DNA from: Paraspadella gotoi
Lineage: Eukaryota; Animalia; Chaetognatha
Direction: 5' to 3'
Length of the DNA: 64,000 nt
Assembly (NCBI GenBank): GCA_051294375.1
Contig: CM119267.1
Location: 7,792,683-7,856,682, forward strand
Shown here: piece after piece, positions 1 through 12,200 of the stretch
Position numbering within the stretch: the first letter of the stretch is position 1
Layout of the letters: each line of letters begins with the position of its first letter
Notes under the pieces: model-generated
Databases searched by the model: none
Seen by the model: the letters and a program-made list of their open reading frames with translations, nothing else
Told to the model about the DNA's origin: nothing
Program-made: the position numbers and the translations under genes

Positions 1-1915
1 ACGAACTCAGCCGACAAACGCCCCGGCAGTTCACTGCCCATGCTCGGAGACTTGATCATTCCACCATTAACGACGACGCTACCACCGCCATGGTGATGAT
101 CACCGGAGTTCGTGTAGGGGCGGAAGGCGCTGGCTGACGGAGACACTAGTGCGCCGTTTTGGGCGGCAGAGCCAACCGGCGACCCGGCGTTGGCCATTGA
201 CATGCTGAACATGGAAGGGCGCAAATTGCTCTCACTGGAGATAACGCCACCTGCCGAGGCCGGCGGGAGGGACGGCGGGCGCGGGAGGACGAAGGGCTTC
301 GGTTGCATAGAGGCGCCGACCGGCGACGAAGCGGCGGCGGATGTGGATACGCCGCTGCCGCCACCCAAAGGGTTGTAACCAGCTGCGGTGGCAGATAGCG
401 GCGAAGAGGCGTCGTGAGGCGCGTGATCGCTGGGCACGGACGCCGCCTTTATCAGCTGCGGCTTCGGATGGACCGGGGGTGGCGGACCTCCGCGGTAAAA
501 GTGGGGTGGCTGACTATCGGACGCGGGCGACGAATATACGGGCAGTTGGCCGACGGGAGAGGACAAAGCCCCACTCCCAGGTAAACCGGACGTCGGTGTC
601 CCGACGAGCGTTACGTTTGGGTTAGCGGAGCCTCCTCCAGCGCCTCCTATGATGGCTCGATCGGAGGAATTTGCGCGTTGTAACGCCGCCATCTGCGCGA
701 CCAAGCCGCACTGGGCCGCGAGAATCTGGGATTGTCTATTGATTGAGATGCCCGCAAGGGGAGCCGAGTCGGAGTAGGCGTTGGGCGCCGTCGCCGCCGG
801 AGGAAAGGATTTGGCGTTGACGACTCGAGAGGGAGTCGTCGTCGCATTATCGCCCCGAACCCCGGCGTCAGAGGTCGAAGACGTCATAGCGGGTCTTTCG
901 ACGCCAAATCCGTCCGGTGCGGACGTCGCTGGCTTTTGTTCGTCGATAGTGCGGAGCAAATTGGCTAATTGAGTTCGGTCGCCATCGGATCCGCCGACTG
1001 CGCTGCACGAAATTGCATTTCCATTCGCGTCATCGTCACTCGGGCCGTTCGCCTCTTTTGACTGTTTCTCAGCAGGATCCTCGGCCACGGCGGCGGCGGC
1101 AGCAGCCACTGCCGCCGAAACTACGTCGCTTTGAGTCAAAGGAGTCGGGGCGTTGGCGGCGGCGACTTCCTTGCTCGAGTTTTTTTCCTTCTTTTTGCTC
1201 TTTCTCCGTATTCGCCATTTCCAGGGTTTGAAGATGCGCGCGAATCGCGAGAACCGACTCTTTTTGATCTTTCCGCCGCCAGCACCACCGGTGGCGCCCT
1301 CCGCCGCCTCCGCCTTCAACTTGTCAACGGAACTAAGCGTGTGATAGTGTACGTCGTTGCTTTTCTCGATGGCGCGTTCGGGCGAAGGGTCGCTGTTGGA
1401 TCGCGCTCGCGTCGCCCGGGTAGAGTTTGATCTCACAACGCGGGAAGAAGAAGCGTCGGCGGTGTGGTTCGATTCGGGGCCGAGTGAGGAGACGTCGCCC
1501 AGTAGGGGAGGTTCGCTCTGAAAAAGGAAACAATCCAAAATAATGAAGAGATTATTGTAAAAAGTCAACTTCAAAAAAATATTTTTCCAATATAATAACT
1601 TACATTCAATGTTTATAAAACTCTCATCTTAAGTGCGTTAAAATTCATCAACAATTTAAAAATTTTTGTGAGTTGTCGGAAATTTTTTTTAAGACGATTG
1701 ATGTCAAAACAACATGTGATATCATCTTTGTGTGGTCATGGTGAAAAAGTTAGTCGTTCAAGTCAATGGTTTACCTGAGTAGTATTGACCGAGTTGCAAC
1801 TCGTAGGTGTCTCTGGAAAACCCCCATCCTCGGAGGCTGTCGTAGATTCATCGATAGGACCGACGGCGATAGTTAGCGGCGCCTCAACGGACGGCGCCTC
1901 CGACTTCGTCTCCAT
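1..1915 (-). CDS. PHACTR: Phosphatase and actin regulator (Phactr)-like protein, N-terminal part; exons 1915-1775 and 1517-<1
   Basis: ATG at 1915 (METKSEAP...), phase-0 GT-AG intron 1774-1518, then a frame open to the window edge (absent from the ORF track because it has no stop in the window). It encodes KKSRFSRFARIFKPWKWRIRRKSKK (~1190-1265), matching the Phactr N-terminal IFKPWKWRKKK signature. Confidence 0.75.
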
Positions 1916-2697
1916 CGTCGCGTCGGCGCGCTGGAGAAGATTCCAAAGGAGAAGAGTCGAAGGCGTCGACGAAGCTGCTTCCGTTACCGCGAAGGAGAGG
2001 GGTTCGTCGAAGCCGCAATTACATTTCGACGAACGTGTCTGGTGGAGAGGTTAAGATTGGGACGAGTTGATCATCAGTCCGGCTCATTGTTCATCGGCGA
2101 CGTTTGGCGATTCAACGGTAGAATGGGAAATCGGAATATTTGACAAGGCGAGAGGATGATAAGATGGTTGAAATAATAAAGAGTGACTAGAAAGAAAAAA
2201 TGAGGGCTTGAAGGAAAACGATTTGTTGGCTATAATCTGAAAAAAAAAGAATTTAAATTGTTCGATATTAGAATAAAGAATTTGGCGTTACATTTACAGT
2301 GACTAATTAAACGTCAGTCACTGTCCTCGTCTTGTTTTATCGTAAACTTTCAATTGGGAACTGAAATCGAGGGAAGCCTACGATCACAAACATTGAGAAA
2401 AGAGAAGCGCTTTCCTTTTCGACATGCAACGTCGGAGAGAAAGAGAGATAATAAAAGAAAAAAAAAACCTTATGTATGACAAGTAGTTATGACGATAAGC
2501 ACGAAATGAAATCGCATTTTTCGATATCTTGCTGCGTTTCTTAAAATTACCACAAGAGGTTGGCTCATCAATTTATCACATAATAATCTGACATTAAAAT
2601 GTTCCATATAAATAAATTTAAGGTCACGTAAAAACTGAAGAGAGTAATCACTATTATTGTTTACAACAGCTATCCTTAAGTGAACTTTGAAACAACA

Positions 2698-3230
2698 ATG
2701 GACATGAACAAAACAAGAGGTTTGCCCGGTAAACTCTTACTTAAATTATTAATGTTGAGAAAATAAAAACAACCAACTCAAACTAATTCGAAGAAAAAGA
2801 AAATTACAAGTTTGTTAACAGTACAGAAAATATTTTACGTAGGTTGAAAAAAAGATAAAATGTAATAAAATAAAATATTATAAACTGTTTTATAATGATG
2901 AAAAGAAATTTTCATTTATAAAGAATAAAGAGATTTTCATCGTCAACTTTAGGTCAAATGGATTGGGCCAGCTATGTTATTTTGGCTTTAATGCTCAGCA
3001 CGGCGATAATTTGCCTGGTTTTGGTCATGATTTGCAAATTTTGCCCGGATTGCTCTGAACAACGGCAAGTTTAAATTAATAACTAAATAAATTACTTTCG
3101 TGAATGAACCACGTTTTTCTTCAGGCTTTGTAGGGGTTGTAAAAAAAGCTGGAAAGTGGGCAATCGATCGAGTTCATCCGGTTATAAAAGAAAGAGAAGA
3201 GTAAATGCAACAGTGACCATGCGCTTTTAA
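2698..3230 (+). CDS. Putative 82-aa single-pass membrane microprotein; exons 2698-2728, 2953-3064, 3125-3230
   Basis: Exons sum to 249 nt (82 codons plus stop): MDMNKTRGLPGQMDWASYVILALMLSTAIICLVLVMICKFCPDCSEQRLCRGCKKSWKVGNRSSSSGYKRKRRVNATVTMRF. Intron 1 is GT-AG; intron 2 needs a GC donor (CG|GCAAGT). TM helix followed by a Cys/basic tail. Confidence 0.55.
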
Positions 3231-4477
3231 TTGTTTATCTAACACATTTAGCGAATATTGCTCAATATCAAAAATTCAACACACGAACTAACAAAAGCTA
3301 AAAGTACGTATGTAAAAAACAAACAAAAAAATCTCAATATTTTAATATCTTAATCTTGATTTCGCTACTTACAGGAAACCAATTCTTCCTCTGCTTAGAA
3401 AGACGGCTACCGATTCTTTTAGAACGCCGGAAACGCCATCGGAGTCATTTACATCATCTTTTCCTTTCGTCTGCCGATTAACAGAGAATTGTAGACCCAT
3501 CGCGAAAAATGCCTTAACTCAAAAAAAGAGAGAAAAACGACGACATAGAACAACTCACCGATAGTTTTTAAGTAGCGATGCTGAAATGTTTACAAAAAAT
3601 TTATAACTCTCAGATGAATGAAATTGGATGAACATGGCCGCTTTGTCCCGTTTCAAAGAAGTACTTTGGTCTAGTGGGTTGGACTAACATTTTTGACGTT
3701 TCAGATGAAAGGAGGGGCCGACAGGGGGATTCTTCTAGAAAGAAAAACAAATGACTTTACTAATGTAAAGGTGAAAGTCAGCTCAAGCTTAATTTAATGA
3801 ACTGATTAAATAAAATTCCGAGTTTAAATCTTTTCTTGAATCAATACAATAATAACATTTTTAATTGAATCTTAGATTTAATTCTTAACAAGTTACAGTT
3901 AGGTTTGGGAAAGCTCATGCTAAAATTGAGTCAACTTTCAGAAAGTTATTTGCTCTATGACTGTGCGATTGCGATTACGGGCCTGTAAGACGGTTACTAG
4001 TTTGAAAGTGAGAGATTAAATTTGGATCACTCCGAATTCTACCAAAAAACTATAAAAGTAAACAATCTTATCAAACTTCGAACTAAAATCGAATGAAAGT
4101 TTTTATCACAAAACCGAGGCTTCACACAGATGGACTTTGGCCGAATCGGCTGACTTAAAAAACACAGCAGGAATGGCCAAATCATTTTCAGTTTTAACAG
4201 TTTTCAAACCTGCAGCCGAAAGAGATTCTATCAACTGTGAAAACCACCACTTTTTTTTCGATTTTGTGGGTGAAAAATAGTGCGGTAATAAATAAAATTC
4301 AGTCACATATAAATAAGAAATATTATTTTTAGTAATCTCTTCAAATGAATCAATTAATGATTGATTCATAATTACAAGAATTATTAATTTTTAATGTCAA
4401 TGGAAACATAAACATTGATTTTTAAAGAGTTGCTAAGTTGAAAGTCGCTTACAACGCCAGCACTCTAGTGACGGAGA

Positions 4478-6617
4478 ATGGAGCTCGTTTCAGAAACGAA
4501 ATTGCTACAAGTCAAAGATGTCCGGCCAAACAGTTGCAATAGCCGCGGTAGTTTTTCCAGGTGTTTCTAGTTCAAGATGTAGCTATGACGTGCAAGTCAA
4601 GTTTAAGCAGATTAAAATGATTCTAATAAGGTTTATGCCAATATTGTCCATTCAAAATGATGAAAAACGACCGTCATTAACTGCGTCAATCGCTACATAT
4701 AATCCACAAGATGATTTTCTAAAATTCGACCAAGAAAGACTTGAGAAACCTTCCAGGCAAAGATTATGATATTTTTAATCCTTTTAAAACTGTGAATATG
4801 TGTATTGTGTAAATGTAATACTATTATTCAAATTACAACTACATAACCTTAAGATACTACCAATATGGATTTCCCCGTCATTGCCTCGTTCCATCTAAAT
4901 ATCACAAACAACAGTTTGGAAAAATTTCAAAGCTGCCCGAAATGAACTACCCAGGGTGGATGTCTAACAAACTCGCTATTAAATTGGGAGTGAGTTTTGT
5001 CACAAAATTATATAAACTAAAATCAAAAACTATTATCATCACCTCATCCAAAAATTAAGTCTTTAAGGAAATTAAACAAAAATAAAGTTAATATTCTAAT
5101 CGATCTATAGGCATTTTATGAAGCGTATCCGGCTCCGAAATCGGAAGTTATTCCTCAAAGAAAAACTTTTCTTCAGAAAAAAGATTCTTCAATTTTAATG
5201 GTAATTGTATTTAACAGAATTTTTAAACAATATGAATGTAGCTTGAGAGTATGAGAGTACGGTGTTAATATCGTTGTTGCTATGGTGTTTTAACTTAATA
5301 AACTCTTAACCAAAAAGTTTAACAAGTATTTATAGTATCTTTTATATGACCTTTTAGATAGCGAACACAAAAGTTATAAATAAATAAAAATAAATAAATA
5401 AAAATGAATGAATAAAATAAATACAATGAATTGAATGAAATGAATTGAAGGAAATAAAATAAGAATGAATTAAATTTAAATGTATGAAAATTTTCAAATT
5501 ACTTGTTTCACTATTTTTTATTTTTTATTTTTATATTTTATGAAAGATTTACCTTTTAATCTATATTCTTTAAATATATATATATTGCTTTCTTAAAAAT
5601 TTTTTACTTATCATTATATCTAATAACTCATTTTGGGAATGGGAAGTCAGTGTTGTCTTCTGAAAATAGAGGGAGCATCTACACAACACAAGGTTAGATT
5701 ACAATCTGTCCTAGTTTTCTAATAGATATCACACATCATTCCTGTTAGAAAGTTATTAATGAAAAATCATAATATCTAATAGGCTGAACAGAAAGGGGTG
5801 GGAATGGATAATTTTTTGATGGGGGACCAAAGTTATATATGATTTTTTTAAAAAACTAATAGGGATAAGACTACAAAGTAGAATTGTATGTTCTGATAGG
5901 GATACATACTGGGAAAAAGTCTATAGGGGCACCTTTATGTCATGAATATAATTTTAAAATACTTTAATGAAAATAATTTTTTTCCTTTATCCTAATTTTT
6001 AATTATTCTATTTTTGAATATTTTTTATCTATTATGTTTATACAATGGGAATTAATTTAAATTAATGAAATAATTGAAATAAATAAATTGCATTGAGTAA
6101 ATAAATTTAAAAGTAAGAACTGCATTAATTAAATTAAACGAATTTAACTGATTTAATATAATTAAAGAAATTGAATGAATTGAATGAAAAGAAAAGGCGA
6201 TCTAAAATTTGGAACGACAAAGACGACGACGACATTTAGGGGAACCATCGTCACAAAATCGTCGCAAGCGATTGCCACGATAAAAAAGCAATTTCTAGAA
6301 TTGATATTTTCAATGTTTATTATTATCAAAACTACTCATTACAAATTTATCTTTTTTCTAGAACCTAGAGGGCTACCAAAACTCTCAAACGAAGCGCAAA
6401 ATTAATAAGAAGAAATGCTACCTTTTTTTAAATAAAGGGTCGAGTCTTTGACGGACAACCGGAGGGTATGACGCTGGAAAATCGCGTCGGAAGTGTCTTA
6501 GAGGGGACTGGATTCGCCGGTGGTGACGGCGGCGAAGGCGGCGACGTCCAAATGAAGAAAACCTCAAGCAGACACCCGGGAAAACTTGACAAATTACTTA
6601 ACATTCATTTTTCATAA
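4478..6617 (+). CDS. Orphan multi-exon protein; exons ~4478-4560, 4631-4756, 4854-4990, 5111-5200; 3' exons near 6200-6617 uncertain
   Basis: Phase-consistent splicing gives MELVSETKLLQV...GSFSR|FMPILSIQ...EKPSR|YYQYGFPRHCLVPSKYHKQQFGK...IKLG|AFYEAYPAP...SILM. The second donor is GC (AG|GCAAAG). No family recognised and the 3' end is not resolved. Confidence 0.45.
6050..6185. repeat. AT-rich dispersed repeat (TGAA-rich), second copy at ~28140-28300
   Basis: The block ataaattgcattga(g/a)taaataaatttaaaagtaagaactg...aattaaagaaattgaat is near-identical at both sites. Confidence 0.7.
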
Positions 6618-7083
6618 TCCGGGTTTTAAATTTTTAAATTTAAACCTAATTTGTAGGAAAAAAAATGATTCAGTAATCAGTATGAATTAATTATTAATAA
6701 TTACGTATTAATAACTGAAACAAAATTAGATGATAGTTTTTTCTAATAAGGGTTTAAATAATTTTGGTTTAGATGGTTTGGTATTCATAACAAATTTTTT
6801 TAAATGTAAATAGTGACACGCATCTCATAAGTATTAAATGCATTTTACTGCTTTGTAGTGCTTACTGCTTAGGCTTTTAAAACTATTTGAGAATAAAGGC
6901 AAACAACAAATTAAATCAACGAAGTTAAAAAAAAATAATTGTCAAATAATCCATTCTTTTCAACGTGATTTGGGAGAGAAAAACTATGTAATGCGTAAAT
7001 CATCAATTGGCCATCAAAAATGAACACATTAGTAATTAACATCAACTAGTAACTACCTGGTAATATTTTAAAGCTGATAATCC

Positions 7084-7761
7084 TCAATCTATCCCAAAAA
7101 TTAGGTCAAGTAGAAGGGTCCGAAGAAAAGTCTTGAGCGTGACCATCTTCTGCTTACCGTCACTCGCGAAAACAGGGAAGGCCGATGGACCCATAGATGT
7201 TTCCAAATGTTCTAAATAGGGAAAGTGATTCCAAAAACAGAGAAAAAGTCCTTCCTCGACGCCTCCAAATTTTCCGTTGTCTCCCCGACAAGCTCCGGCT
7301 TTAAAAGCGAGAGCGAAGTCTTGGATGAGGGAAAAAAGGAGTTGAAAGTGATCCGAAGACGGATCAAAAAAAGCCACGTCCTCCACGGTCAGCATTTCCG
7401 CGATGGGATTTCTATGCAGGTAGTACGAAGCGTTCCAACCCATGAACACCGATTCGACGGACAAAAACGAACCAACCGCCTCTTCGAAGTCGATGGCATT
7501 TCGGTTAGCGGCGATGGAGGCGGCGTTAACAAAGATGTTGCGGAGACGACCAACGGTTTGGCGAGATTGAAGGACGGGATCGAAGTAGCGCAGTGATCCG
7601 TCGAACGCGGAAAATGACTGAGACCGTTGATGGCAAACAAGAATTTTGAACGAGTCTAGGATCGAAATCCCTTTCTTTTCCGGAAGCGGAGACTCTATTT
7701 TGACCGTCAAAACGTCTTCAGTGAACAAAACGTCGTCATAATCGACGCAGGATTCGATCAA
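7084..7761 (-). CDS. Uncharacterised ~225-codon exon or ORF, possibly a pseudogene
   Basis: Long GC-balanced open frame with protein-like composition. It has no ATG start, an in-frame TGA lies upstream, and exon-like pieces at 7925-8230 do not join in phase. Confidence 0.3.
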   Translation of the reverse strand: MIESCVDYDDVLFTEDVLTVKIESPLPEKKGISILDSFKILVCHQRSQSFSAFDGSLRYFDPVLQSRQTVGRLRNIFVNAASIAANRNAIDFEEAVGSFLSVESVFMGWNASYYLHRNPIAEMLTVEDVAFFDPSSDHFQLLFSLIQDFALAFKAGACRGDNGKFGGVEEGLFLCFWNHFPYLEHLETSMGPSAFPVFASDGKQKMVTLKTFLRTLLLDLIFGID

Positions 7762-9264
7762 ATTTTCTCGTCGATGAAGGAGTAGATAAAATGAGCGTTC
7801 TCATGAGTATCAAGAAGCCTAGATTATCATCCTAACATAAGTGTTGCTATATGACTGACTATATGACCTTATATGCACTATAGTTTTAAGTAATTTATCA
7901 TAAAATAATTATTAAAGTTTTATCTACTCTTCAAGTGTTTGAAGGTGCTAACGAGAGATCCTCTCTTGCTTCGTTTCCCTAATTCAAACTGGCCAGATAT
8001 CTTCATTTTTACTTGATAGTTTCGCCACAGCCTGTTTAATTAAAGTTTAACTTTAAACGAATAAAACTTATGGCAAGAACGCAAAGAATAAATTCCAAAC
8101 AAAGGAAAATGGCCCGCTCTTTGTTAAAATGGTAATTTTCTAATTCGTCACGACTATCGGAGGGCAAGAGCAATAAAAACAACGACGCATTTCTGTTTTA
8201 AAACAGTCGGAAGAAATAAAATTTCTCATTTTTACATCGATGCAACATTATTACGAAAATATGACTGGAACAACTGTTGATGATAAATAATTACAATTAA
8301 CTCTCTCTTCCAGGTCGAATGAAGGTACTAAGATGCAAAACAGCGAGAATTCTAAAACTCCTCTACGAGGCTATAATAATAACATAAGGGAAGTCTTAAT
8401 TTCAAAGAAGGAAAAAAAATAGGGCGAGATTCGATCGTGCGTTTGGCGCTTCGTCTCTCTGGTGATAACTAAGACGGCAATGCAAAATAGCACAGATTAT
8501 GAAAAAAAAGGGAACCCTTTTCAAACGCCAATTTTAGTCACTCAAAAGGCACGACGATCGCAGACGACCAGATGAAACCGTACAGGGAGAGCAGATTGTT
8601 TCTTAACCTTCAGAATAAACACAAATTTGGCAGTATGGCAACTAAAACCGTTAGAAAAAATATGCCGAACTTAACAAAGACCATACCATTTTTTACGACG
8701 GCCTTGTACCAACTTTTGGCAAAAAAAAAAAAAAGAAAAAAAAGATAAAAAAGACACGAGTCGGATTTCCATAACGGACTGAAACGTTTCTAACAGAATC
8801 AGCCCGCGTAACTAAATGTAATCAAGAATAGGGGGGAAAGATGAAATAAATCAAGAGGACGGGTTCAGTTTGAGGCGCTTTCTGTTTTAATTAGAAACGT
8901 GTCTGCTGTCTGTACATGGTGTAAAATTGGTAGAGGGGGAGCGCGTGCGCGATGTAAGGGTAGCAGCGTATATTGGATAGCTTTCATGATTATAATGCAA
9001 TGAAACTCGTTCAATGAGCTGCCAAAAAAAAAAAAAGAAAACCGAGGAGGGAGCAAACAAACATAATCTCACAAGTTGATTGCTGAGATTGAGGCATCGT
9101 CCAAGAGATAAAATAAAACTGACAGAAAATCAGTAAAAACTGATTTAACAGAATAAGGACTAAAACCGTGTCGATCTCCATGAAGAAATGAGGAGGGAGA
9201 TAAAATTTGGAAAAGCCTCGCAGTTTGTGGGAACGAAAATATAAAGAAAATTTAGAGAAGTGGA

Positions 9265-12200
9265 TCACTCCCAAGAAGGATCGTCGCTGTCGTCGCTCGC
9301 GTCGTCTTCGGAATCGCTGGTGACCCGCTTCCGCTTTTTCTTCTTCTTCTGTTTTCTCACAGGAGTGGGTTGAAGTCGTTTTCGCTTTCTTTCCGAACCA
9401 CCGCAAAGTCTCGATCGGGCCGGCGTCGAGCCGCGCGATGACCCCGAAGGCGTCACGGGTCGATCCGAATGATGAGAAAAGCCCATGTGTCGACCCATAA
9501 CGGAACCCGAATGGTGATGTTGTGGCAAATCCCCAGCTCCAGACGCAAATGCGTTGGGAGTCGGGGTTTCGCCGTCCACCTGTGGGGGACGAGCAAACAC
9601 GGGCACGATGCCTGTGTTAGGGTCGACGGTCTCACCACCCCTCGCCATATATTCTTTAAAAGCGTTGGCGCTCGTTTTCTGCTGACGACCCGGATCTTCT
9701 GGAGCTTCAGGATCGAACCCAGACTCGTCCGTTGGATCCAGTTGGAGCATCAAGTTTTTGAAACGAACGTATTCATTGGCCAAGTCCTCCTGTTTCAAAA
9801 AAAATCAAATTAACGCCTTAATCTAAACGAAAATATTTACAGTAAAAATATTTCATTTTGGCAATGCAAACCTTGGCATCTTCGTCGAACGGATATTGGG
9901 GGTCTCCTTTTTGAAGAATCGCTAAGGCTGGGCCGGGATTGAACCGGTCGACTCCTGCCCGTCGATTAAGCGGTTTGTCGTTAAGTTTTCCAGCGTCTTG
10001 AGGTGAATAATTTTGAATGCGAGCTTCGGTGATGCCGTAGTACTCCTTCAGAAACTGCTTGAGGATGAGAAGGAGGACACATCCTTGCCACGCATGGTAG
10101 ATGGACATTAACTGGAATGAGAGAGATGGGAAACTAAGTTAGAGGGAAATAAAATAAAAAATATTATTATGCAAAATGTAAACAAGTTTTTTTTTATAAA
10201 AACCTTTAACATTGTCAGTTCTTTCATAAATACCTCACAAAGGAAAAGATCTCGAGTACATCCTCAGCCTCAATACACCACGCAAGACTTATATCCCTCA
10301 CCTGACTGGGAAAGTCTGAGATTCTGGCGACGAGGGCGTCGAGGTCTTCGTCCTCCTCGTCGTAGGCCAGGCGAGACTCCCGCTTCCGCATCTCCTCTTC
10401 CTGTTGACGCTTCCGCCGCTCGCGCGCTTCCCGCTCTTCTTCCAGTCGATCGAACTCCCCACGAGCCTCCAACTCCCGCTCCCGTTCCTAACGAGCGTTA
10501 GGTCATTTTTTTTATTAGAAGCGTTCGATCCAGTCGCGGCAATCTATCTCTTTTCAAATGATTTAAACTTTTTCTTAACTTTTATTTTATTTTCACATAT
10601 ATTTGAGTACAAACGAGCCGAGAGACAGACCAAAAAGCATTTTATCGACTAAAAATATGAAGGGTACACAACAAGATTAACACCCTTACCTGCCATACTC
10701 TCTCCTCAACCTCGATCTCCTCTCTCGTCCGATGTGGCGAGGAGTTACCATTAGTTGGAGCCGCCTCACCGTTCACTATTGCCGGCGCCGAATTTTCGTC
10801 TCCGGGTTTCGGCATTAAATTTTCTAAGCAAAAAAACAAACCATATATATACAAATTACACAATCGAACCCGGATTATATATCCGAACCAGTACGTGAAT
10901 TAAGAATAGTCCTTAGTCAAGCCACAAATTTAGTTCTCGAAAACTTCCGTTCTTACGTCTCAGCGACCTCCATATCACCGACCTTTAAAAGCCTGAAGTA
11001 AGTTGGCGCCGGAAACCGACACGATCAAATCTATTTGGTGGATGATGAAGAGGGGTTCGTACTGTTGTTGATAGGGGAAGTAAGCCAGGTTGTCACAAAT
11101 GTAGATTTTTTCTTGAAGTATCGCCGTAGAGCTATAAATATAAAATGAGGTAGGGATTAAGTGATGGTAAAATTATAAAATTGGGGTTTGCCCACGACGA
11201 GAATCGTACCTGTCTTCAAATAGGTTGAGTAACGAGGTGAGGAAAGCTCGTCGATGACCCTTGTTGCCGCGGATGTGGTTGTAAACGGGAGCAAGACAGG
11301 CGGTGGTGTTGCCGGAGGTGCCGTCCACCCTTAGCCCTCGCAGGATGATGTTGTGCGATTGATCTTCCTTGGTGATCTGCTGTATTGTCTTATGCATGAC
11401 TTGGAGGTCGTACGACAAACGGACTCCTTGAAGAGCCTTCATTTGGATAAATCCTAACAAAAACAATTGAACATGATTAACAAAAAATATAAAATTTGAA
11501 TAAATAATTTTGTAATTTCCTTTCTTTTTCGTTGCGTTTCGGAATTAGTGTACAAAGTAGAGAGTTTTTATTTTTGACACACGCAATATAATTATTGAAA
11601 AACGGACAGGTTTTGGTCCTAATTCGAACCTTCATCAGCGCAAATGTTTCACTTTTTAGTTGCGCCGCGAGTACACGCGAAGCAACTCTATAAGTCAGTC
11701 GGTCTGTCCCACTTAAAAATGCATATAATTTCCTTATAGTTGGTTGCTCTTTTGTTAAGACAGAAAAAAACATCAAATCTTAGTGACTGCAAGCACCGCC
11801 TTCAGGAAATCCTAAAACTAAAATAGAATAAAAGACGAAATTTTGATGCAGTGCATGTCATAAATACAGAAGGCTTCATATTATAAAATGTAGTACCCCT
11901 TTTTTGTGACCAGAATCTGTTCCAACCAAACTACCCAATCGAATTTAATAAAATTTTAAATTCAGAGTGCTAATGACTATATAAATGGAACTATCGAGGC
12001 GAATTTTGATATTCAACCCCTGACAAGAGATACAGGGCCCTGGGGGTGGACCCTTAGGGGGCCAAAAAAGGCTAAAATTTTTTTTTTATTTTTAAAATTT
12101 TTTTTAGTAGCATCAGGTGCATTGACGTTTTAAACATAAAAAAAAACATTTTAGAACTAAAATTGATAAGTTTTTAATAATTAAGCATGGTTGAAGATGC

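Noticed and set aside
146-2054. Many short ORFs on both strands
   Set aside because: They are shadow or off-frame ORFs of the GC-rich Phactr exons on the minus strand.
3370-4369. Exon-like minus-strand pieces suggesting a gene
   Set aside because: In-frame stops in every attempted splice; no consistent model.
4854-5200. Weak resemblance to mitoribosomal mL64/CRIF1
   Set aside because: Only a few residues match and the expected coiled-coil C-terminus is absent.
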